A DNA stretch of 64,000 bases from Alloprevotella sp. (GTDB lineage: Bacteria > Bacteroidota > Bacteroidia > Bacteroidales > Bacteroidaceae): positions 4,579 through 68,578 of the forward strand of contig JAZORE010000041.1 in NCBI GenBank assembly GCA_045656425.1. The letters are read 5' to 3'. This document shows, piece after piece, positions 10,171-20,638 of the stretch. The stretch's first letter is position 1. Every line of letters begins with the position of its first letter. A model generated the notes under the pieces. It was not told the origin of the DNA. It saw nothing but the letters and a program-made list of their open reading frames with translations, and did not search any database. Made by a program: the position numbers and the translations under genes.

Positions 10171-10704
10171 TTAGAAGATGAGCCCCACATAAATGCCATT
10201 GAAATTAGGCATTGAGTTATTGTGAGAGTTGAAGTGGCGATAACCAGCAGTAATACCGTATGAGAAGCGCTTTTGCAAGCATCTCAACTGCACACCTGCG
10301 TCATAGTAGGTATAGTTCCACGAAGTCTTTCCCACCGTGCTGCCCATTGTAGCTGTAACATCCAAACGGAAAGGAACACTCTTGTCATCCAACTTAAAAG
10401 TACCAACATGGAACTTCAAACCGCCCCCCAATTTATAAGCCTCACTCCAATGCTTCACACCATTCTGCTTTGAGAGCAATAGGCTATGCCCAAATTCAGC
10501 GGTAGCTCCTAATCTCCACACAGGTGTGTAGGTAACCTGAAACTTTGAGTCAAACACCTGACGATCGTTTGAGCCTTTACCACCATTAAACGAAAAGGAC
10601 ACATCACACGAGTTCCAAAAACTGCGCGTAGGCTTCGTTTCTACATTCTGAGCAAACAAGCTCGGTGCTACACACGCCATCAATACAAAAATAATCTTTT
10701 TCAT
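10171..10704 (-). CDS. Small outer-membrane beta-barrel protein (hypothetical)
   Basis: Signal peptide, alternating amphipathic strands, C-terminal GIYVGLIF ending in Phe. Confidence 0.7.
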   Translation of the reverse strand: MKKIIFVLMACVAPSLFAQNVETKPTRSFWNSCDVSFSFNGGKGSNDRQVFDSKFQVTYTPVWRLGATAEFGHSLLLSKQNGVKHWSEAYKLGGGLKFHVGTFKLDDKSVPFRLDVTATMGSTVGKTSWNYTYYDAGVQLRCLQKRFSYGITAGYRHFNSHNNSMPNFNGIYVGLIF

Positions 10705-10842
10705 AATTATAAAGTTTAAGGGTCTATAATATATAAAGGTATAACCATCAGATAAATAATCCGATTAAAGATTTTGATCAATACGTCTGTCAAAAATATG
10801 ATTCATACATTTTGTGGACGGCAACAGGAATCGCATTGGATT

Positions 10843-11751
10843 TTAATTAGAAAACACCTGACGAGACCACAAGAAAGCACTGGCATGACCAATTGAGATA
10901 CATGTTCTCAAACTCTGCTTTTCTTCATCTGGCAACGAGCTTGTATTAATGGTCTGAATCACCGAATTAAGATACTGACCATTATCTGCATTTAAGTCCA
11001 ATTCATAAAATCCGTTCATCACCACTTCCAAGACATTCCACTGATTTCTATTATCAGGGTGCAATTGTTTCCACGCAGTAAAAAAGTCTGTAATGGTTTC
11101 GGAGTTTTCCCCTACCTCTGCGAGCTGTGCATAAAGAGTTTCTGCCGCACTCTGATCAGCAGGTCTAACAATTCCAATACCAAAATCATTCGTTACAATA
11201 GAATCAGCTTCTGCATAAATTTGATTTGTAGGAATTGTCAATAAGTCATCACCATGCTTTTCATATAGCTGAACAAGGACTTTATTATGAAGATACCCTG
11301 AATTATCTGCCGGAGTTCGTGCCCATGTTGTATCAGCTAATAATTGCTGATCCAAAGAGCGATTATTTAATATATCGAAATCACCTGGATTGTAAGGTAA
11401 GAGTCCTTGTGATCTTGCTGCACAATAAGAGGTAAAAGCAGCTCCAACGATATTACCAGTAACACCGCCAATTGCATCACAAAGAACAACGACAAAGAGC
11501 TTTTTAGTCCACTTTTTCCAAAATGAGGCACGAGACGTGTGCATATTTGCCTGGAAATCAAGCACAGTTGAATTTGTTAGTTTGGTCAAAGAGTCAACTA
11601 AGACATCGTATTGAGGGTCAAGATTTATAACTTGTGTTTCACCTGGGGCAGACACATTATCAAAAGAAGAGTCCTCTGTACAACTATAAGCAAATCCACC
11701 GAATAATAATACAGCAATGCTTAATAGGGTTATTTTCAAATACTTTTTCAT
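10843..11751 (-). CDS. Hypothetical lipoprotein with an internal cationic/Gly-Ala-rich segment
   Basis: Lipoprotein signal ending FAYSC followed by acidic TEDSS; internal SRASFWKKWTKKLFVVVLCDAIGG...GAA. Confidence 0.75.
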   Translation of the reverse strand: MKKYLKITLLSIAVLLFGGFAYSCTEDSSFDNVSAPGETQVINLDPQYDVLVDSLTKLTNSTVLDFQANMHTSRASFWKKWTKKLFVVVLCDAIGGVTGNIVGAAFTSYCAARSQGLLPYNPGDFDILNNRSLDQQLLADTTWARTPADNSGYLHNKVLVQLYEKHGDDLLTIPTNQIYAEADSIVTNDFGIGIVRPADQSAAETLYAQLAEVGENSETITDFFTAWKQLHPDNRNQWNVLEVVMNGFYELDLNADNGQYLNSVIQTINTSSLPDEEKQSLRTCISIGHASAFLWSRQVFSN

Positions 11752-11970
11752 GATTATATTTTATTGTTAATTAAACGTATATATGTTTGTTATACTATCT
11801 TATTATCTCATCATATATAGAGATGTATATTCATAGATTATACTTTTATTTCAAATTTCGCACACCCCATTTCAAAACTTATCAAATATAAATCTGATTA
11901 CATACCTACTCTATTAGCTTTTCGGTATCCGCTCCTTGCACCAGTCTGGTCTGGACTTATAGTACCGGTT

Positions 11971-12474
11971 TTATAAGAATCTTTTATTCCACGATATGAT
12001 GCACCTCAGAAACCGCCATAATGCACATCCTTTTAATAATTGATGCTGTTGTGTTCCCTGTCGGTAAAATTCCCCTGTCGGTTTAAGGAAAATGGCAAAT
12101 CCCTTTTCTCCACATCCTGCATTAGCATCTATCCAATGGCTTTTCAGTTCCGCTTCACTGTATTTCATCAATCCCTTTAATGGATCAACAACATAATACG
12201 TACCACGCTTCACCCTTTGGAGAATGACATAAGAATCATGGTTCCAACACAAGAGACAAGGTAAGGTAACCTTGCTTAATTTATCCAACGACAAGTAGCC
12301 AATAATACTATGAAAACCTAACTTCTCCGCTTCTTCAGAAATCTGCGGTAGACTCTTCTCCATACTATTTTCACAAGGGTGAGAAGAAGACATTAAATCG
12401 ATTTGTCTGCCATAATACTTGCACAAGATCGACAAACAAGTAATTCCGACAGGACAACGTTTACTTTGTATCAT
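11971..12474 (-). CDS. Stand-alone C39-peptidase-like domain lacking the catalytic residues (possible pseudogene)
   Basis: GITCLSILCKYYGR, LPCLLCWN, YVVDPLKG resemble C39; no ABC membrane or ATPase domain follows. Confidence 0.7.
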   Translation of the reverse strand: MIQSKRCPVGITCLSILCKYYGRQIDLMSSSHPCENSMEKSLPQISEEAEKLGFHSIIGYLSLDKLSKVTLPCLLCWNHDSYVILQRVKRGTYYVVDPLKGLMKYSEAELKSHWIDANAGCGEKGFAIFLKPTGEFYRQGTQQHQLLKGCALWRFLRCIISWNKRFL

Positions 12475-12521
12475 AATACCCAACCATTACTTATCACGTG
12501 TTTTTGCTTTAATTTATGTTG

Positions 12522-12567
12522 CAAAATTACCCAGCAAGAGTTTAATTCTAAAAAATAAAGTTTCAGA
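12522..12567 (-). promoter_or_regulatory. -7 box (TAATTTTG) plus 17-bp upstream motif TCTGAAACTTTATTTTT
   Basis: caaaatta at 12522-12529 and aaaaataaagtttcaga at 12551-12567; the same architecture occurs at 13119-13164. Confidence 0.7.
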
Positions 12568-12684
12568 ATCCATCTTGTAATATACTGGTAATCAATGCAT
12601 ATATAATTTATTTTTGATACAAGAAGCCATTAAGTTTAAGTATTAGATGTGTGAAAATACGGTTTTGCCTGTATCGCTCAAAAA

Positions 12685-13074
12685 TCAGAACGTCACAACA
12701 CCTTTTGCATACCAAGTATCCGACTCTATCTCAAGATAGAAAGTACCGCCAGATGATGAGGCATCCAGATAGATTACGGTTGGCACATCTGTCTGAACAA
12801 TCTCTGCGCACACAACTTGATTATTTGCATTCAATAAGCGCACAGATGCCACGCCTATATTGTGAAGGGCAACAGCCACCTCACCCATGTTTGGATAGGC
12901 GCAAGCTTCTATTGTAGCGTTATCCAAAGAACGCCCCTTTTCAGTTTCCCAATTTTTCTTTTCCTTATCTATATTTATAACCACCTTTTCTTCATCACCA
13001 GAAAAGTCTTCCATACCAAAAACCGAAACTACTCCTACCATAATCATGGTGAACATTGCTAAAAACTTTTTCAT
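12685..13074 (-). CDS. Small secreted DUF3244-like (Ig-like) protein
   Basis: Signal peptide MKKFLAMF...VFG, KGRS motif, C-terminal GTFYLEIESDTWYAKGVVTF; directly downstream of a TPR regulator, a typical context. Confidence 0.65.
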   Translation of the reverse strand: MKKFLAMFTMIMVGVVSVFGMEDFSGDEEKVVINIDKEKKNWETEKGRSLDNATIEACAYPNMGEVAVALHNIGVASVRLLNANNQVVCAEIVQTDVPTVIYLDASSSGGTFYLEIESDTWYAKGVVTF

Positions 13075-13118
13075 AATAAACATTGTTTTAAGTGAATAAC
13101 TATTTGTTTTGTACACTG

Positions 13119-13164
13119 CAAAATTATGGAGAGATAGTTTCATCCCCAAAAATAAAGTTTCAGA
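13119..13164 (-). promoter_or_regulatory. -7 box (TAATTTTG) plus 17-bp upstream motif TCTGAAACTTTATTTTT
   Basis: caaaatta at 13119-13126 and aaaaataaagtttcaga at 13148-13164. Confidence 0.7.
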
Positions 13165-13360
13165 TTTTGAATCATATCTTATTGATTTACAGCGGTAAAT
13201 ATTTATTTTTTTTGGAAACATCCACTGCATTCTTTAAGAACGACTCCAATAACTGCTTAGGAAGGTGCGCAGATGACAGACATTGGGATTTTCACAATAA
13301 AGAACAATTACTTCTATACAACAAAGGATGAACCGTTTTTGATGAAACATCCAGATACAA

Positions 13361-13405
13361 CTTTAGCGGGTGTGGCAAAATTTACATTTGCCACACCCGC
13401 TAAAG
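13361..13405. terminator. Perfect 19-bp hairpin downstream of the TPR regulator
   Basis: ctttagcgggtgtggcaaa / tttgccacacccgctaaag. Confidence 0.55.
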
Positions 13406-13482
13406 CCAGCAAGATTCTGAGATTAAAGCATGCAAGGAGCACACGAAAGTCGTGCCCTTATATCTTAATCTGATGCGCCCTG

Positions 13483-15144
13483 CTATTCAAAACTTCTCAG
13501 CAATTTCCGGATATAGATACCTAAATTTGTATCGTGCTCACTAATGCCCAATTTCTCACGAATCTCGCTACTGTTGTTGTAATGCGATCGCATCTGGATG
13601 TATGTTCCTACCTCCTTGCCCTTCAGCCCAAGAGCGTAAAGGCAACAGTAGCAGATTTCCCAATCGGATAAGCCTCTCTCTTCAAGGTATCTGATGAATT
13701 GAGGATGACTTCCCGAAAACGCGTATTTGGTAGACATCATAAAGGCATCTTTATTAGCCAGCAGTTCCTCCATTTCCATATTCGCTTTGCGGTCCAAATC
13801 GCTATTGCTGGCGATGTAGGCTGCAAAGAACTTATTCAACAATTCCAAACGTTTCCCCACAGCCTTTTTTACATCTGGAGCCATCTCATCACCTTGTCCC
13901 AAGAGCTGAGTTAGGTTATCTCGCTCTTCCTCCATCTGCTGGTAAAGCTGGCGATACTTTTCTGCTTCCTGCTGAGCAATGGTCTTCTCCATGCGATTGA
14001 CTTTTAACTTGTAACGAATATTGATTATGACAGCTGAAAGCACTACAATGAACACTACAGACCACAAGAGCATTCTGTTTTTCGAAGCGCGTTCCTTGAA
14101 AGCATTGAGTTCCAATTCATACCTTTCTCTTACGAACCTTACCCCTTGCATGCGTACCGCAAGTTCAACACTATCTTCTTGAGTTGCGCGCTCACTGTAT
14201 TTCTGATAGTATTCAAGGGATTTCTCATATTCACCCAAATTCTGATAGAGTTCAGAGAACAAAATCAAACTTCTTCTATCCTTATCAAGGTCTTTACAGT
14301 TTTCATATTCAGTCAGGGCTGCCAAACCCTCATGGTACTTCTTTACGTTCAGGTAAGCATTTGCAACAGTAGGCCAATCCACTCTTGAAGGGGGCACTGC
14401 ATCTTGGTATTCTTTTATAGCCTCAAGGATGGCTTGTTCTTCACCCCAGTTAATCAGATAAGTTAGCTTCACACTATAATAACCCGTCAATACATCCAAA
14501 CTAACAGAACTCAAAGTACGTTTACATGCTTCAATATAAACCAAAGCATTCTGAGGGTCTCTATTTAACGTATAGCCATTGATAATGCGCACCAGACAAT
14601 AGGCATAATCATCAAGCATACCAGCTTCCTTATAGAGATTCGCTGCCTGTTTGTTAGTTTCTACGAACTCATCCCAACCCAAATAGGAATAGTTTATCTC
14701 GCTTTGCGCATAATACGCTCTTGCTTTAGCCCTTAGGTCATCGGAATCTTCCCCCTCAGCTATCGCCTTAACTAAACTTTCCATTGCCAAAGCATAACTA
14801 CCCTGATTACGATAGATTTTACCCATATAAAGGTACAAACGCAATTTTTCCGTTGGGGTACCATTATCCGCATAATAGTCTATGGCGGGCTGTAATACTT
14901 CAAAATCAGTTCGGTCCACAAAGTTCTTATCCAATGCCATAGACAGAAGCAACGCATATTTCGCCTTCTCCTCTTTTCCTGAAAGTTCAGTTGGCTCCAT
15001 TCGCTCCAACACTTTCAACGCACTATCAGGGTATTCTTCAATGATATAATCAACTTGAGAGAGCGTTGCCCAATGTCCAGAGTGGCTATTATTACAAGAG
15101 ATAAGGCTAATTGCCACGATAAAGGGGAATATAATGTACTTCAT
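13483..15144 (-). CDS. Membrane-spanning TPR sensor with a C-terminal LuxR-like helix-turn-helix domain
   Basis: Lipobox-like SLISC, TPR-like helices, TM segment LLWSVVFIVVLSAVII, coiled coil, then GLSDWEICYCCLYALGLKGKEVG...IREKLG. Confidence 0.75.
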   Translation of the reverse strand: MKYIIFPFIVAISLISCNNSHSGHWATLSQVDYIIEEYPDSALKVLERMEPTELSGKEEKAKYALLLSMALDKNFVDRTDFEVLQPAIDYYADNGTPTEKLRLYLYMGKIYRNQGSYALAMESLVKAIAEGEDSDDLRAKARAYYAQSEINYSYLGWDEFVETNKQAANLYKEAGMLDDYAYCLVRIINGYTLNRDPQNALVYIEACKRTLSSVSLDVLTGYYSVKLTYLINWGEEQAILEAIKEYQDAVPPSRVDWPTVANAYLNVKKYHEGLAALTEYENCKDLDKDRRSLILFSELYQNLGEYEKSLEYYQKYSERATQEDSVELAVRMQGVRFVRERYELELNAFKERASKNRMLLWSVVFIVVLSAVIINIRYKLKVNRMEKTIAQQEAEKYRQLYQQMEEERDNLTQLLGQGDEMAPDVKKAVGKRLELLNKFFAAYIASNSDLDRKANMEMEELLANKDAFMMSTKYAFSGSHPQFIRYLEERGLSDWEICYCCLYALGLKGKEVGTYIQMRSHYNNSSEIREKLGISEHDTNLGIYIRKLLRSFE

Positions 15145-15256
15145 TGGTAACATTTCTTTGTTATTTGCGAATTTGACATTTTTTCTAATACCAAATCTTT
15201 CACTCGACTCAATTCCATAGCAAGGATAGGAATAAGAGTATCGCCCAAACACACCT

Positions 15257-16684
15257 TTACTTCTTAAATATTCTAAACCCAGTAGCCGCTATTATCATTG
15301 AGAACAAGGGGCAGAGGTAATTAAAGACAGCGTAGGGCAGATAAGTCCATGTAGCCACACCCATTACCGTTGCCTGCGTCATACCGCACGTATTCCAGGG
15401 AATAAGGGGAGAGGTCACGGTTACCGCATCTTCTGTCGTACGACTCAAGAGGCGTGCTTCGTAACCATTGTCATGATAAGTTTCCTTAAACATATTTCCC
15501 GTGAGGATGATGGAAATGTATTGGTCGGCAGTAACAAGGTTAAATAGGATTCCCGACCCTACGGTTGACGCTACGAGACTAAAGGTGCGGCGCACGAAGC
15601 AAAGGAACACACGGGAGATTCCCGCCAAGAAGCCACTTGCCGACATCACGCCACCAAAGCACATAGCGCAAAGAATTAACCAAATCGTGTCCATCATTCC
15701 TGCCATACCGCCTGTGCTCACAAGGTCGTTAAGTTCGGCAGTGCCCATATCTATTTGCGTAGCACCAAAGACGGATTGCATCGTTCCCTTAAATAATGCC
15801 AGTGCACCCGTTCCGCTTGAGGCGATTTCTAACAACACATTGGGCTGGTAAAGCAGTGCAAAAACTATAGCCATCAGTGTGGAAAGGAAGAGCGTGATAA
15901 GCGAAGGCAGGCGCTTCCAAATCATCACTGCCGTAAGCAAGGGGACTATCAACGCCCAGGGGGTGATGTCGAACTTGGCATCCAGCGCTGTGGCATAACT
16001 TTGAATGGAAGTAGCATCACCAGCGGGGAGCGTGAAACCAGCAATGAGATACACCACAAGGGCGCAGAAGAGCGCAGGTATCGTAGTATAGACCAAATAA
16101 CGGATATGCGTAAAGAGGCGCACGCCTACGGTTGACGAAGCCAATACGGTAGTGTCAGAAAGTGGTGACATCTTGTCCCCAAAATAGGCACCCGAGATGA
16201 TTGCTCCGGCAACCCACCCCTCGTGAAAGCCTTGTGCCTGACCGATACCAATGAGTGCCACACCGATAGTGGCAACTGTAGTCCACGAACTCCCCGTCAT
16301 CAACGACACCACAGAACAGAGCACGCAGGTTGTGAGTAGGAAAAATGTGGGATGGATAATCTGAAGACCGTAATAAATCATTGTGGGAACGACACCACTT
16401 ATCATCCAAATACCAGAGAGTGCTCCAATCATTAGAAGAATAAACACCGCCTCCGTCACGCGCTTAACGTTCGTCTCAATGGCATGCTCAAACGCCTTCC
16501 AAGCAACGCCATAACGCCACATACCAATGGTAGCACATACCGCAGAAGCGACGAGCAAACAAATCTGACTACCGCCCGAAAGAGCGCTGTCACCAAAGGT
16601 ATAAATGGTCACAGAGAGGAGTGCCACCAGCACGAGCAGGGGCACAAAAGAAACTATGGAAGAAGGAATGCGAGTATTCGTCAT
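15257..16684 (-). CDS. nhaC: NhaC-family Na+/H+ antiporter
   Basis: GSSWTT, SGAYFGDKMSPLSDTT, LSRTTED, PLIPWNTCG. Confidence 0.85.
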   Translation of the reverse strand: MTNTRIPSSIVSFVPLLVLVALLSVTIYTFGDSALSGGSQICLLVASAVCATIGMWRYGVAWKAFEHAIETNVKRVTEAVFILLMIGALSGIWMISGVVPTMIYYGLQIIHPTFFLLTTCVLCSVVSLMTGSSWTTVATIGVALIGIGQAQGFHEGWVAGAIISGAYFGDKMSPLSDTTVLASSTVGVRLFTHIRYLVYTTIPALFCALVVYLIAGFTLPAGDATSIQSYATALDAKFDITPWALIVPLLTAVMIWKRLPSLITLFLSTLMAIVFALLYQPNVLLEIASSGTGALALFKGTMQSVFGATQIDMGTAELNDLVSTGGMAGMMDTIWLILCAMCFGGVMSASGFLAGISRVFLCFVRRTFSLVASTVGSGILFNLVTADQYISIILTGNMFKETYHDNGYEARLLSRTTEDAVTVTSPLIPWNTCGMTQATVMGVATWTYLPYAVFNYLCPLFSMIIAATGFRIFKK

Positions 16685-16775
16685 ATAGAGAAGAATAAAG
16701 AGGAGGGGACAGAGAGTAGAGCGACCTTACGAAAGTCTCAGCACTAATTATATAGGAACATATTTAGGACACTAG

Positions 16776-16832
16776 TCGTTAATCGTTAACCGTTCACCAT
16801 TAACCTTTCACCGTTAACCTTTCACCGTTAAT
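16776..16832. repeat. Degenerate heptamer tandem array (CCGTTAA/CCTTTCA)
   Basis: tcgttaa tcgttaa ccgttca ccattaa cctttca ccgttaa cctttca ccgttaa. Confidence 0.8.
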
Positions 16833-16846
16833 TTCATCACTCATCC

Positions 16847-16881
16847 AAAAAAAATCCTGCAAAAGGAAAACTTTTGCAGGA
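16847..16881 (-). terminator. Intrinsic terminator after rpsJ
   Basis: TCCTGCAAAAG / CTTTTGCAGGA stem followed by a T run on the minus strand. Confidence 0.8.
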
Positions 16882-16968
16882 CGTTATTCTTGATTCGTAC
16901 AGTCCGTTGTCTATAGTCAGTTAACTGTTGACAACAATCTGCTTTGAACACAAGTCAAAGTCTAAAAA

Positions 16969-17274
16969 CTACACCTTGATTTCTACTTCAACACCGCAGG
17001 GGAGTTCGAGCTTCATGAGAGCATCAACAGTCTTAGGAGTAGAGCTGTAGATGTCGATGAGGCGCTTGAAAGTAGATACTTCAAACTGTTCGCGTGACTT
17101 CTTGTTAACGAATGTAGAACGGTTAACAGTGATGATACGCTTGCGAGTAGGGAGAGGAATTGGACCGCTAACTACTGCACCTGTAGCCTTAACTGATGCC
17201 ACGATCTTAGCTGCTGACTTGTCAACGAGCGTGTGGTCGTAAGACTTCAACTTGATACGAATTTTTTGACTCAT
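16969..17274 (-). CDS. rpsJ: 30S ribosomal protein S10
   Basis: [14 protein letters not shown]...GPIPLPT...KKSREQFE. Confidence 0.97.
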   Translation of the reverse strand: MSQKIRIKLKSYDHTLVDKSAAKIVASVKATGAVVSGPIPLPTRKRIITVNRSTFVNKKSREQFEVSTFKRLIDIYSSTPKTVDALMKLELPCGVEVEIKV

Positions 17275-17371
17275 TTTATTTAAGTGTTTTAAGCTTTCCG
17301 AGCAGCACAGGCTAAGAGTCATTCGTTAGCCTGCCTGCGCGTAAAGTAGTGATTGTTTATTGGGATGTGAA

Positions 17372-19492
17372 TTACTTCACGAGGTCTACGCGACCCTTAA
17401 CTTCTTCGAGAACTTCGCGAGCGATGTTAGAAGAGAGTGCGATGTGGCTGTGGTAAACCATTGAAGAAGTAGCACGACCAGAAGTGATTGTACGGAGTGC
17501 AGTTACATAACCGAACATTTCTGCGAGGGGCACCTTAGCCTTCACGATACGTGCACCTGAACGGCTGCTTTCCATACCTTCAACCTGACCACGACGCTTG
17601 TTCAAGTCACCGATTACGTCACCCATGTTTTCTTCGGGAGTAACAACTTCCAACTTCATGAGGGGTTCCATCAATACGGGACCAGCCTGAGCACATGCGT
17701 TCTTGTAAGCCTGGAGCGCTGCGATTTCGAAAGACAACTGGTCAGAGTCAACGGGGTGGAATGAGCCATCGAGCAATTCAACCTTGAGGCTGTCGAGGGG
17801 ATAACCACCGAGCACACCGCTCTTCATAGCGTTTTCGAAGCCCTTTTGTACTGAGGGGATGAATTCCTTAGGAATGTTACCACCAGTTACCTTGTTTACG
17901 AACTGGAGACCACCCTGAGTGAAGTCTTCATCAACGGGACCAACGTTTACGATGATATCAGCGAACTTACCGCGACCACCAGACTGCTTCTTGTAAACTT
18001 CGCGGAGGTTAACTGTCTTCGTGATAGCTTCCTTGTAGTTCACCTGGGGCTTACCCTGGTTACATTCTACCTTGAATTCACGCTTAAGACGGTCGATAAT
18101 GATATCGAGGTGAAGTTCACCCATACCAGAGATCACTGTCTGACCAGACTGTTCGTCAGTCTTAACTGTGAATGTGGGGTCTTCTTCAGCGAGCTTAGCG
18201 AGACCGTTAGAAAGCTTATCGAGGTCCTTCTGAGTCTTAGGCTCAACTGCGATACCGATAACGGGATCGGGGAAGTCCATAGATTCGAGTACGAGGGGTG
18301 CGTCTTCAGAAGAGAGCGTGTCACCAGTACGGATATCCTTGAAACCTACACCTGCACCGATATCACCAGCAGCGATCAAGTCAACAGGGTTCTGCTTGCT
18401 TGAGTGCATCTGGAAGAGGCGAGATACACGTTCCTTCTTACCTGAACGAACGTTGTAGATGTAAGAACCAGCTTCTACCTTACCAGAGTAAACACGGAAG
18501 AATGTCAAGCGACCAACATAGGGGTCAGTAGCAATCTTAAACGCAAGAGCTGAAGTCTTTTCGTCTTCAGAAGGCATACGGCTTTCTTCTTCGCCAGTAT
18601 CGGGGTTTGTACCGATTGTAGCACCGCCGTCCATGGGAGAGGGAAGGAACATACAAACGTAGTCGAGCAACTTCTGTACACCCTTGTTCTTAAATGAAGA
18701 ACCACAAGTCATAGGAACGATATCCATTGCGAGTGTAGCCTTACGGATAGCAGCAACGAGTTCCTCCTTAGTGATAGAAGCGGGATCTTCAAAGAACTTT
18801 TCCATGAGCGCTTCGTCAGTTTCAGCAGCTGATTCAACGAGCTTCGCACGCCATTCTTCTGCTTCGTCAACGAGGTTAGCGGGAATTTCTTCTACGCTGT
18901 AGTCAGCACCCATTGTTTCATCGTGCCAGAAGATAGCCTTCATGTCGATGAGGTCAACGATACCCTTGAAAGTTTCTTCAGCACCGATAGGAATTGCGAT
19001 GGGAGCAGGATTTGCACCGAGCACCGCCTTCATCTGGCGTACAACTTCAAAGAAGTCAGCACCAGAACGGTCCATCTTATTTACGTATGCAATACGGGGT
19101 ACGTTGTACTTGTCAGCCTGGCGCCATACAGTTTCAGACTGAGGTTCAACACCACCTACTGCACAATATGCAGCAACAGCACCGTCGAGCACGCGGAGTG
19201 AACGTTCTACTTCAGCAGTGAAGTCAACGTGTCCCGGAGTGTCGATGAGGTTGATTTTATACTGAGTGTTAGCGTAGTTCCAGTAAGTAGTTGTAGCAGC
19301 AGAAGTGATAGTGATACCACGTTCCTGTTCCTGCTCCATCCAGTCCATTGTAGCGCCACCTTCGTGTACTTCACCGATCTTGTGAGTCTTACCAGTGTAG
19401 AAGAGGATACGCTCAGACGTTGTAGTCTTACCGGCATCGATGTGAGCCATGATACCGATGTTACGCGTCAAGTGCAAATCATTTTTTGCCAT
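17372..19492 (-). CDS. fusA: Elongation factor G
   Basis: [29 protein letters not shown]. Confidence 0.98.
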   Translation of the reverse strand: MAKNDLHLTRNIGIMAHIDAGKTTTSERILFYTGKTHKIGEVHEGGATMDWMEQEQERGITITSAATTTYWNYANTQYKINLIDTPGHVDFTAEVERSLRVLDGAVAAYCAVGGVEPQSETVWRQADKYNVPRIAYVNKMDRSGADFFEVVRQMKAVLGANPAPIAIPIGAEETFKGIVDLIDMKAIFWHDETMGADYSVEEIPANLVDEAEEWRAKLVESAAETDEALMEKFFEDPASITKEELVAAIRKATLAMDIVPMTCGSSFKNKGVQKLLDYVCMFLPSPMDGGATIGTNPDTGEEESRMPSEDEKTSALAFKIATDPYVGRLTFFRVYSGKVEAGSYIYNVRSGKKERVSRLFQMHSSKQNPVDLIAAGDIGAGVGFKDIRTGDTLSSEDAPLVLESMDFPDPVIGIAVEPKTQKDLDKLSNGLAKLAEEDPTFTVKTDEQSGQTVISGMGELHLDIIIDRLKREFKVECNQGKPQVNYKEAITKTVNLREVYKKQSGGRGKFADIIVNVGPVDEDFTQGGLQFVNKVTGGNIPKEFIPSVQKGFENAMKSGVLGGYPLDSLKVELLDGSFHPVDSDQLSFEIAALQAYKNACAQAGPVLMEPLMKLEVVTPEENMGDVIGDLNKRRGQVEGMESSRSGARIVKAKVPLAEMFGYVTALRTITSGRATSSMVYHSHIALSSNIAREVLEEVKGRVDLVK

Positions 19493-19513
19493 GTCTTTCA
19501 GTATTAAAAGGGA

Positions 19514-19990
19514 TTAGAATCTGAAGTGAGCGAACGCACGGTTAGCTTCAGCCATACGGTGCATATCTTCCTTACGCTTGAATGCACCACCCTGTTCGTT
19601 GTATGCATCCATGATTTCAGCTGCGAGCTTGTCAGCCATAGTCTTACCACCACGCTTACGTGCGTAACCGATCATGTTCTTCATAGAAACAGATTCCTTA
19701 CGGTCGGGGCGGATTTCTGTGGGCACCTGGAAAGTAGCACCACCGATACGGCGAGACTTAACTTCAACCTGGGGAGTAATCTTAGCAAGCGCTTCCTTCC
19801 AGATTTCGAGAGCTGACTTTTCAGAATCCTTCATCTTTTCACCTACGATAGCGAGGGCGCTGTAGAAGATTTCGTAAGAGATATTCTTCTTACCATCGTA
19901 CATAAGGTGGTTAACGAACTTAGAAACCTTCTGGTCTCCATAAACGGGATCGGGAAGAACCAAACGCTTTTTAGGCTTTGCTTTTCTCAT
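19514..19990 (-). CDS. rpsG: 30S ribosomal protein S7
   Basis: [27 protein letters not shown]. Confidence 0.98.
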   Translation of the reverse strand: MRKAKPKKRLVLPDPVYGDQKVSKFVNHLMYDGKKNISYEIFYSALAIVGEKMKDSEKSALEIWKEALAKITPQVEVKSRRIGGATFQVPTEIRPDRKESVSMKNMIGYARKRGGKTMADKLAAEIMDAYNEQGGAFKRKEDMHRMAEANRAFAHFRF

Positions 19991-20139
19991 TGTAGAAAAT
20001 TGGTTTTAATAGGCTGCATCATACGTCTTCAACTCCACGCTTGGAGTTTACTCAACCCTTGTGCAAACCAAATGTTTATAAAATTAGAAAAAGATGCAGG
20101 GCACGAGGCCCTGCTAATGTGTTTTAGTTGGATGTAAGA

Positions 20140-20523
20140 TTACTTCTTAGCAGCCTTGGGACGCTTAGCACCGTACTTAGAACGACGCTGTGTGCGGTTA
20201 GCAACACCTGCAGTATCAAGAGTACCGCGAACGATGTGGTAACGTACACCAGGAAGGTCCTTTACACGACCACCACGAACGAGAACGATTGAGTGTTCCT
20301 GAAGGTTGTGACCTTCACCGGGGATGTAAGAGTTAACTTCCTTAGAGTTTGTCAAACGAACACGAGCAACTTTACGCATTGCTGAGTTAGGCTTCTTAGG
20401 CGTAGTAGTGTACACACGAACACAAACGCCACGACGCTGAGGGCATGAATCCAACGCAGGAGACTTAGACTTGTCTGCAGCTACGCTTCTGCCCTTTCTT
20501 ACCAATTGTGAAATAGTAGGCAT
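20140..20523 (-). CDS. rpsL: 30S ribosomal protein S12
   Basis: [24 protein letters not shown]. Confidence 0.98.
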   Translation of the reverse strand: MPTISQLVRKGRSVAADKSKSPALDSCPQRRGVCVRVYTTTPKKPNSAMRKVARVRLTNSKEVNSYIPGEGHNLQEHSIVLVRGGRVKDLPGVRYHIVRGTLDTAGVANRTQRRSKYGAKRPKAAKK

Positions 20524-20630
20524 TTTGTTTTAATTTTTTTGTTTGTTATATATTATATTTTGTATTCAAATAGAGAGAATTTCGCAGTGTTTTCCGCTTG
20601 TCGTAAGCGCACACTACACCTTTTGGGGTG

Positions 20631-20638
20631 CAAAGTTA
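20631..20638 (-). promoter_or_regulatory. -7 box TAACTTTG for the str operon
   Basis: caaagtta on the + strand, about 110 nt upstream of rpsL. Confidence 0.65.

Noticed and set aside
17372-20523. tuf missing from the str operon
   Set aside because: This is the usual arrangement in Bacteroidetes.
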